The notes beneath the pieces are model-generated. The model was not told the origin of the DNA. It worked only from the letters and a program-made list of their open reading frames with translations, and searched no databases. DNA of 63,879 nucleotides, filler included, from Reticulomyxa filosa (taxonomy: Eukaryota; Protista; Foraminifera), in the NCBI GenBank assembly GCA_000512085.1. It is 18 parts of 18 records of this genome, joined end to end, with 100 filler letters (N's around TTAATTAATTAA, not from the genome) between each part and the next. Parts side by side here need not be neighbours in the genome. Positions count along the whole stretch, not along the records: positions 54,438 to 55,826 come from ASPP01046485.1; positions 55,927 to 56,926 come from ASPP01036824.1; positions 57,027 to 61,273 come from ASPP01028789.1; positions 61,374 to 62,767 come from ASPP01013781.1; positions 62,868 to 63,879 come from ASPP01025378.1; 13 more parts are not named here. One strand, written 5' to 3'. This document shows, piece after piece, positions 54,453 to 63,879 of this stretch. The position numbers and the translations under genes were made by a program. Each line of letters opens with the position of its first letter. The stretch's first letter is position 1.

Positions 54453-55475
54453 TTGTTATTTGTGCCAAAGAAGGCACCATTTCAGCAGACGATGAAAGAG
54501 AAGAACATTAAACTCTTCGTTCCAAGAGTTTTTATTGTGGATGATTGCAAGGATCTTTGCAATGAATATTTGTCGTTCATTCGTTGTGTTGCGGACATCG
54601 AAGATTTGCCATTGAACCTTAGTAGAGAATCATTGCAGCAAAACAATGTATTGAAGATCATCCAAAAAAATGTAGTAAAGAATTGTTTGAATCTATTCGG
54701 CGAAATTGCGGAAGTTTACTACGTTACAGGTGAATCGCGAGTAGATGTTGAAGAGTTGCTGTTTTTGGAAGCATTGAAGAAGAGATACTTTGAAATCTTA
54801 TTTTTAGTTGACCATATCGACGAATCCGCTGTCCAACAATTGCGAGAATATGATGTAAAGAAATTGGTTTGCGTTACCAAAGAAGAAAAAAAAGTTAGTT
54901 TTTTAAAAAAGTATATATTTCTTTAAAAAAAAAACTTAAAACATTACGTATAATTGTTGTTTTTATAGAAACAAGATGACGAAAAAGTTGCGTATGAATC
55001 GATGACGAAAAAAATGAAAGATATCATGGGAGACAATGCGAACAAACCATTCGATAGCCGACAATGACTTTTTCCACATTGTTCTTTGGTTACGAAGAAA
55101 TATGGATGGTCGGCGAATATTGAAAGAATTATGAAGGCTCAAGCCTTAAGAGATAACTCGATGACGCAATACGTGCAGTCGAAGAAAACAATTGAAGAAA
55201 AATTTGCAGCAGACCTATTCGATAAAACAATTAAAGATATGTTGCTGTTATTCGAAACAGCCTTGTTGACCGATGGATTCAGCTTGGAGGAACCAGTAAA
55301 ATTTGATGGGAGTATCCATAAATTAATTAAATTTTTTATCATCTTCATCATAATCAAAAATGCTAATGTCCCTCAAGAAGCCACAAAAAAGGACCAGAAG
55401 AACAAACGACGAACGAACCAGACGATGAAGCAGAAAATGCCGACGTGGAAAAGGAAGAAATATCATCAATGTAAG
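54453..55475 (+). pseudogene. HSP90: Cytosolic HSP90 pseudogene (middle and C-terminal domains)
   Basis: [63 protein letters not shown]; large internal deletions, frameshifts, no MEEVD. Confidence 0.85.
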
Positions 55476-57944
55476 AAATTAGTCTTGTGTAAAGTGAAAC
55501 AAAGAAATGGTCATTCTTTTTTGTTTTCCCGCCGATTTGTTTTTTAATTTTTATTTTAACTTTGATATTTTTAAAATGAATATATTCTAAAATCTATTCA
55601 GTAGCAAATTTTTTTAAAGCATTATCAAGTCGCAAAGTAGTAAATCTGTTCTGAAAATACTTTTTAAAAAGAAATTCGATATTATTTTTCGTGATTCACC
55701 AAGTCTAAAGTATTTATTTTCTTGGTAAAAAAGTGCACAATAATCTATTTTCATATCCTTTTGTTCGCAAACAACTACAACTTTAATAAAAATATGCAGA
55801 GTACTTTTCTTGTTTCTGTACCACTGNNNNNNNNNNNNNNNNNNNNNNNNNNNNNNNNNNNNNNNNNNNNTTAATTAATTAANNNNNNNNNNNNNNNNNN
55901 NNNNNNNNNNNNNNNNNNNNNNNNNNGTCGTGTGTGTGCATGCGCAACTTGGATTTTGAATTGTGCGTATTTTGACGTGAGAAATTTTGAGCCTGCGAAA
56001 CATTGACCATGTTTATCGGTGAATAAAGATATACAACTAGTTATATTTTTCGACTCCATCGCCGCAAGAGTGGCGTGCCTTGTGTTTGTCGAGCAAGGGC
56101 ATATTACCTTTGCCTAGCTGCCTCCGGGAACTACGGACGACTTGTTAGGTAGCAACCAAGAAAGCAAGGAAACGAATAAATCTAATAGTAAAATTGAATG
56201 TGCAAATGTTCAAGTCTATTCGATCAGGCCAATGTATGTTTTTTATCACAACGGCGACGAGTGCAGATAAACTTGCTGTTGAAAAACATCGCGATATGTA
56301 GTTGGAGCAGCTGGCAAGATCCTCTCAGGTTAATTGCAGACAATATCTTGATTTTGGTGCCTCCAAATATGAAAGCGAGTTCGTCAGTAAGAAAAAAAAG
56401 AAGACTGTAATACCGAGCAAAGTAAAAAGGGTGTAGCACTGGTGGCAGCGACTGAATTGACGAAGGAGTGGAAGACAAGGAAGAAAAAGAAAATAATTGA
56501 CATTGTGATCAGACAAACCACTACATTGGATGAATCATCACATATAAGATAGTTTAATTTAGTTGTTTGAAACTCACAGGACACCGGCAAGCAAGAGTAG
56601 AAAGAGGATGACGATGATAATTTATTTAAAAAGAAAAAAAAAATCAACCGATCGGCTTTTATTGACTTTAGTTATGGAATCGCTTTTTTTTTACGTTTGA
56701 GAATACGCAAAGTCGCCACTCGCTGACGTATACTAGTTTCACACAGTCACCCCAATGAAAAATATTGAACGAATATGTTAATGTCTCGCAGCGGTAATTC
56801 GAAGTATTGCAAAGAACTTGTTTGTCATCAATGTACGTTGATACAAATCTCCTGGTGCTTTGCCATGCCAACAATTATACGCAAAGATTGTATCGAACGG
56901 TAATCCACTGGCTCCATAGCAAGGGANNNNNNNNNNNNNNNNNNNNNNNNNNNNNNNNNNNNNNNNNNNNTTAATTAATTAANNNNNNNNNNNNNNNNNN
57001 NNNNNNNNNNNNNNNNNNNNNNNNNNCTTCTTCTTCTTCTTCTTCTTCTTCTTCTTTGCGGAAAGGGGAAAGCGTTAGGACAAGTAGCAATATCCCAGGT
57101 GAAAATAACACGAAAAAGGTGGTTGAGGGAGGTGAGGTCCTTGATAGAAATGCTTCACGGAACCACAACTTGCCAATGACGGATGACCACTCTCTTGATG
57201 ACAATCTTTCTGCGGAGGGTGAAAGATGATTACCACAACTATCATATCAACTCGGAGATGCCAGTTACTCAAGACCATCACCACTTATTGCCAATGGTGA
57301 GAAACATAACTCTAAATCCTTGTCCAAACATTTAGAGGAAAGAAAAAAAAAAAAAAATTAAAGAGTTCTTCTTGAAATAAGTACTTAGATATTTCACGAG
57401 GAACAGAACCAATACGTTATTTTTAGATCGTTTTTTGTTTTCTTTTTTTCCATTGTCTTCTTCATCTAACAATAGAATACAATAGTTCAATTCCAAAGCT
57501 ATTAATTTATAATTAATAATATAAGTCATTTTCCAAAATTTAACACTTAGTTATGCTTTGATGGGTTACTATATTCTAGACAATAAACATAAAATCTAAT
57601 TTATTACTCTTTATTAGGAATCAAATTTAATCCAAAGTTTCTATGTTTTACTAACACTCATTCGACGCTAACAAAGATCCATTTAAAACGCAAAACAAAA
57701 AAATGAAAAGAAACTAAGTTTTTTAGATAAAGTTGATTTTTTAATATAAAGCTGCCTACATTTTAGAATTAACTTTGCAATAGTGTATTTAAATCTGCAT
57801 TGAATATTATATCCCTCACTATTTTGATTTGACTAACTATAAATGTCTTCTTGCAGTCGATAGGGAAAAACAACAATCTGAAGCGAAAACTTGTGGGAGC
57901 TTAAATATAACGCTTAAAAAAAACGACCGCTTTTGACGCTTGCC

Positions 57945-59448
57945 ATGGCTGTTAATTTTTTGCTTCCGTCAACAAGAAGGCTCATACCATGGTCTGTATA
58001 TTGCCAACAAACAAGATACGCAAGCTCATTTGTGCGTCGGCAAATGGTGAAAATGAAAGAAGAAGCCAAAGCAAAAGAGCAAAAAAAAGAGATGTCACAG
58101 ACAAGAGAAATGGAAAAAAAGATATATTTACGTCGAGCTAAGTATAATTTTTGCTGAGCCAACATTGAAATTTCCAGTAATTTCTAACCAATCCAACATC
58201 CTCCAAAACAAACAAAATAAAAAAAAGATGGGAATTATGTCAGAACAAGCGCTCAGAGACAATCCTAAAATATTGCATGAAACAACAATAAAGGATCTAA
58301 AAACGCTCTTCTACCTTTACAATCGTTGTGGCCTTAAAAAAAATGAGTTACAAGAGCGTCCAGAGTTGTTGAGTGTGAACCCAGCCAATTTCGTTGCCAT
58401 ATGTCGTCACTTGAATGAAAAGTTGGAAATAAAAAGCGTTGAGACTATCATCAAAGCGCAGCCACAATTGCTATTAAGCGACGTTACAGATAACCCTGGT
58501 ATTCAAAAGTTGGAGCTTTTGCTCAACGCTTTAAGAGACTTGGGTGTCACTAACCCGGCCGTTGCTATTGATCATATTCCAAATGTAATTCAAAGAGATA
58601 TTACTAACGAATTGGCAAGCTTAAAAGAATTCGAAATTTTACGTATGTTATATATGTATTTATGTATAAATATATACGTATATATGTATGTAAATACACG
58701 CACGTGCATGTATAATATTTACATATTTTACAAATTATACATATGATACTAAGGAGTGGACCTTAATGAATTAATCAAACAATATCCTCAAGCGCTGACC
58801 ATGTCATTACTACAGATTAAGAAAGTAACCCAATTTATCAAAAATATGATCAGTGAAGACTGTGGATATGTAATTAACCAGTGCCCGAAGATCTTACGTT
58901 ACAGTACTGATCAATGCAAAGCGACTATTGACGAACTCCAAACTAGTTTGCTAAGTTTGGAGGGTGTTCCGATTTATGGCCACGATGAGTCCTTTTCGCC
59001 ACTCCATTCTTCAAAAAGACAACACAAGAGAACCAGTTGGGCAAAGAGATCGCCGAAAGCTCAAAGGGTGGAAGTTATGCGGTTGAAATTTACAATGGCG
59101 GATGTGTTGAAGTTTGAGCCACAGCTTTTGTTGGCTAATCCTTTGTCAATCCGCCAATCGTTAACATACTTGTGTGGGCCCAGTGAACCCATTTCTCTGT
59201 GGTGGGTACGCAACAAAAGATTTATTTTGAGTTTTTTTGACCACAATTCTGAAGCTGACAGTCCTTTGTCGTTCAAACCACTCTTTTTAAAATTAGTCAC
59301 GCGTCAAAATCTTAAAAAAGTATGGGAGAAATTTCAACAAGACAACCCCAATGAAGACGTCAGTGATGCCACTAATGATCATTTGTTGGAAATGATGATG
59401 CATTTGTTGGAAATAAAAAACACAAATTCAATAACAAAAGTGAATTAA
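57945..59448 (+). CDS. mTERF-like repeat protein with probable mitochondrial targeting peptide
   Basis: Arg/Ser-rich N-terminus; repeated NPKIL, RPELL, QPQLL, YPQAL, CPKIL, EPQLL; introns 58137-58227 (GC-AG) and 58643-58753. Confidence 0.7.
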
Positions 59449-59789
59449 CTCATTCAACTTTACAAATTTTTTTCACTTATTAAAGCTTTTAAAAGAGTAG
59501 CGTTCTGAATCTTTACAAGAGTTCGTTTTTACAAAAACATTTGTGCAAAATTGAGTAAACTCATACAAAATTAAGGGAAAATAAATATTTCCTGTTACCG
59601 ATTGATCGTGCTAATGGTTTACTGTGCTGTGAAATATAGTGTGCTTTAATAACTTGCAATGACGCCAAAAAAAAAAAGTGTAGTGAAGCCATTAAAACAA
59701 AATAGGTCGGACAAGGAAGCATGTATGTTGACATCACAACAAATAATGATTTATTTTGGTTGTTTGGAACAAAAACATAACACTTTAAA

Positions 59790-61240
59790 AAAAGGTGTGC
59801 TTCAACTTGAGGAAATGGGCTATGAAATGGAGGAAATCGCAAAGGCGCTCAAAGATTATCAAGTTTTGTGTTCTTTTGTTATTGAAGCGTTAATGCAAAC
59901 AGAGAATTTGCAATGAAAACAATGGAATGAACAGGAAAAATATGGTAACGAATATGACTTTGAATTGATTCAAGAGATAGTTCACAATAGCCACGAAGAA
60001 GTTGCATTTTTTTTTTAAAAAAAAGAGAGTGAAGAAAAAGAGAGGTGGAGCTTGTCGTAGTCCCCTTGTGAACTCCAAAAAAAAAAATCAAACAGAAAAA
60101 AAAAGAAGACGCGTTAATAGACGGGAAAAAACCCAAAAATGGATGCTCCAAAGGATGAAAGAGAGAAAATTTGGGAAGTGTTGAAGTTGATGGGTTATGA
60201 TGACTATTCAATCGCAAGTGCTTTTCAATACCATCAAGTTTCACATCCTTACCATTTCAATGTCTCCACATACATACACACATATACATATGTATATATA
60301 TACATATATATATATAAATGGATAAAACACAAAGCCAGGCACAAAAACAAGCTACAGTGCGTGGCTGTCACTGGAAGGAGAAACAGTGAGGGTTCCGTTG
60401 AAAGAGTTGACGATGACGGAGTTGGAGCGTCACATTTGCACGTACTTAGTGAAATGCAGTCGAAACGACGTCGCCACGGGACTCACTGTCACTGACAATA
60501 ATAACATGAAAATCACCACCGATCAGCACGTGATCAATGCCTTTTCGATTTCAAACGAACGCGTGTTTCAATGTGACTTGGAAAGTGCAAGGCGATGCAT
60601 ATTGTGACGAGGGCAAGGAAGAGGAGGAGGAGGAGAGCAATATTGACAAGAATCAGAGTCATGACCAGCATCAAACAGAAAATGAAAATGAAAATGAAAA
60701 AGAAAAAGAAAATAAAAATAAAAATAAAAATAAATAAGAATAAAAACAAAAATGAAAAAGAAAAAGAAAAAGAAAATCAAAAGCATAGCAAACAATCCAC
60801 ACTCAAAGCACATTTGCGAAAGGGGATGAAAAAGATTGGCCTGTTCGAAGTCAATATGAGAACAGCACCTGTCACGACGGCCGTTCTGGATAATAACACA
60901 AGTGATATCATTTGCGTGGATGGAGGACATGAATGCACACTCGCCGCGTTGCAAAAAGTGGATGCCTCCAATAACTCTTTGCAAGTGCTTATCATTTGTC
61001 AAAATAGAATATCGTGTGATGCAGTGTTTTCAGTTTGTTATATTGTTTATGATATTGCTTTTTTAATCCAATCAAATTTGTTTTGTACAGACATTGCTAT
61101 TGCTCGCGTTGGATGAGACCGTTTGGCACGTCAACACTGCTGTTCGAGGTCCCTCGTGTTATGCCCAAATTGCTGTTTGCAATACGGGAGTGGTTTTGTC
61201 CAAAGACATCCCCTTCGAGACTGTACGCTCCTTTTGAACA
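59790..61240 (+). CDS. Multi-exon protein with UBA-like motifs; function unknown
   Basis: LEEMGYEMEEIAKAL and LKLMGYDDYSIASAF; exon structure only partly resolved. Confidence 0.4.
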
Positions 61241-61373
61241 CCTTTTTTGTTGTTATATTTTTTTTTTTTGTATNNNNNNNNNNNNNNNNNNNNNNNNNNN
61301 NNNNNNNNNNNNNNNNNTTAATTAATTAANNNNNNNNNNNNNNNNNNNNNNNNNNNNNNNNNNNNNNNNNNNN

Positions 61374-61898
61374 CAACAACAACAACAACAACAATCGAAA
61401 GACAAAGATCCATCTAACAATGATGATGCTGCTACTGCTGCGCAAAATTGGATTGGAAGCTCTCCACACACAGATTGGGGACTATTGACGCTCATTGCTG
61501 CCGATGATATTCCTGGTTTGCAATTGTTTGACAAGGAGAAAAATCAATGGCTCACTGTCAAACCTAGGTTCCATCACAATGAAATTTTTGTCAATTGTGG
61601 GGATTTCATGAGCATCTTGTCCAACTCCAAATTTAAGTCTCCCTTGCACCGTGTTGTTTTGCTACAAAACGATGACAAACAAAGGCTCTCTTTTGTTTTC
61701 TTTTTTTACCCTAATTATCATGCCAAAATTCCCAAAACTGCTGGTCAGCAACATTACAGTTTGTGGGAAGATCAGTCCTTACATAAAAATGATCCTCAAG
61801 GGCAAGATGAAAAAAGTGCTACAAAACAAAACATTTATGACATATCTTTTGGAGAATATATTAAACGTAAATGGGAGCAAGTACAACGAAAGTACTAA
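61374..61898 (+). CDS. 2OG-Fe(II) oxygenase (IPNS/ACC-oxidase-like), C-terminal part
   Basis: PHTDWGLLTL, GLQL, VNCGDFM, SPLHRV, RLSFVFF. Confidence 0.92.
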   Translation, partial: QQQQQQQSKDKDPSNNDDAATAAQNWIGSSPHTDWGLLTLIAADDIPGLQLFDKEKNQWLTVKPRFHHNEIFVNCGDFMSILSNSKFKSPLHRVVLLQNDDKQRLSFVFFFYPNYHAKIPKTAGQQHYSLWEDQSLHKNDPQGQDEKSATKQNIYDISFGEYIKRKWEQVQRKY

Positions 61899-62046
61899 AT
61901 TTGCTTTTTTAATTTTAAAATACAAAAAAACATTTAGTAACCAAATCGAATAATGTAAGCGAGCATTTGTTTTAAAAAAAATTGTTGTAAAAGGACCCTT
62001 CCCTCAATAAAAAAACTCTTCTTGAAAAAGCAAAAGAAATATCGGA

Positions 62047-62767
62047 ATGTTTCGTCTGTGGAGTTGGAATTTGCGTATTTCCAAATATATCAATCGTTTT
62101 GACAGTCATTTGCTTTATTCGGTCCGATATTTGCAGAAGTCTCACAGTCAATTTTCAACCCCACAAACGCCAATGAGCGACGCCGACAAAGAAATTTGGC
62201 AAACGGTAATAAAGAGTGAGAAAAAAAAAAACAGCACAAAACAAGGTCTGACCTCTGTTGTGAACAACTCAAAAAAAGTCAGTGCGTTATCGCAGATTAC
62301 GTTATTATCGTTCGCTGGGAAAGCACTCAGAAAGCTACCTATTAATAAAAGAAATGGAAAAGTATTTGAAAGAGTTTCACGCGAAAGAAAGAGAAGACAA
62401 GATGGATCCGTTTTGGAATCGAAAGTCGTTTAAAAGTGTATTGGCAGTATTGATGGTGAGAAAAAGACAAGACAATGATAACAATAATAACAATAATAAT
62501 AACAATAATAATAATAATAGCAAACAATATGTATTTTATCGAGGCCGAAACACAGAGATATCACTGCCAGTGGGATCGCACTGCGCAGAGCGAGCGGCCA
62601 TTGTCACGCTGTGTCAAGTTGTCTCGATATTCGGCGGACTGACTTTGTCGCCATCGCTGTGATCGATCCTTCCGGGGACGTGGTCGACATTCAGCCTTGC
62701 GGAGTGTGCACTGAAGTGTTGCAGAAAATCCAAGAAGATGCGCCGAGCTTCAAAGTTATGTTTGGGG
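62047..62767 (+). CDS. Cytidine deaminase-like protein; two apparent indels; 3'-truncated
   Basis: GRNTE..HCAERAAI..PCGVCTEVL Zn motifs. Confidence 0.8.
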
Positions 62768-63879
62768 NNNNNNNNNNNNNNNNNNNNNNNNNNNNNNNNN
62801 NNNNNNNNNNNTTAATTAATTAANNNNNNNNNNNNNNNNNNNNNNNNNNNNNNNNNNNNNNNNNNNNCATGTGCAATCAAAACACAACACAAAAATCAAC
62901 TCTGATCCAAACTTTGAAGGACTTACTTACTCCACTTTCCCACTCTCAATGTGTGCTACACAAACGTGAAATTCTCATTTGGGGTTGCTATAAACAAAGT
63001 GATTGTTATTCTTATCATTTATTTAAAAACAAATACAATTTATCTGTTCGTATCCAAGTGGCGTTGAATTATTAGGACACTGTATAGTGAATAACAACAA
63101 TAAAGACAACAATGAAATCACTTTGTTGTCTTTTGATGGAAAAAAGAAACAACATTGGTGATGAAATATGTAAGCGTTTGGGGTGATCAGGTTAGATTGT
63201 AAGTTTGTTTTTTTTTTAAATGAAATTCATTGATTGAAGCAAATTGTGAAACAGTATACAAAAAGACGGAATAAAATATATGCATGTATACATTTCGAAT
63301 AGGAATTTTAAGCGTTGTGTTGGTTGCATGCGCCCTACAATTTACACGTTTGCGCTTCATGCGGCGATATATTTATTTATGTCATAAGCATTGCATGGGT
63401 CGAAATGCACTCGTTCGATCCAAGGTTCAGCTATTTGTGCGTGTGTAACTTATAGTTCATTCATTTGAATTTCTATTGCGTATGTGCGTATGGATGTATT
63501 TATCTTGTGATTATTTGCAGAGGAGACATAGACAAAAAGGGCGCTTGTCATCGAATACCAAGACACAAGACATCGAACAATTTATCAAGTTCTTGTCTTG
63601 CTATGCGTTCACAAAGCTCTCTCCCGATAGGTAGTCTGTGTTGCACTTGAAGAAATTGGAAGAGTTGTACGAAAAAATGGACGACGTGGTTGATAAGATT
63701 ATTCGTCGAGATCAACTTGAGCTTTTGAACAGTCTTGTGGAATTGACGGCAATTGCGGAGTTGTTCCGAATACAGCCACCGTTATCGTTTGCAAAGCCGC
63801 ACAGTCCTCCAAAGAAAAGGAAAAAGAAAAAGAAAGAGAACGAGAAAAAGTTAATGAAAAGCATGCAAAGATCAGCGCG

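Noticed and set aside
55927-56926. Possible coding exons (also 44400-44900, 36615-36926, 63500-63879)
   Set aside because: No recognisable motif or consistent gene model.

Overview
AT-rich, intron-containing eukaryotic DNA. It is 18 separate contigs joined by 17 artificial 100-nt N44-TTAATTAATTAA-N44 linkers, so adjacency across a linker means nothing. Gene families and style (TRAF/RING-WD40, NACHT-HEAT, Kelch and HSP90 pseudogenes, homopolymer-rich introns) suggest a foraminiferan, Reticulomyxa-like protist; this is inference. Recognisable genes: USP5/13, a class I cyclic-nucleotide phosphodiesterase, proteasome PSMB2, an OTU deubiquitinase, CNOT10-like, mTERF-like, PrsW-like, GATase-like, TBL/PC-esterase-like, 2OG-Fe(II) oxygenase, cytidine deaminase, a RelA/SpoT-like synthetase domain and a Crinkler-type nuclease. 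The main observation is a complete U1 snRNA gene on the minus strand (about 17853-18034), invisible to the ORF track. Its 5' splice-site-pairing sequence is ACAUACCUG instead of the near-universal ACUUACCUG. The introns I reconstructed by hand match this: U at donor +4 in 23 of 34. They also show frequent GC donors, A-rich acceptors without a polypyrimidine tract, and internal T-run/A-run or TA-microsatellite hairpins. Together these point to a divergent major-spliceosome system.
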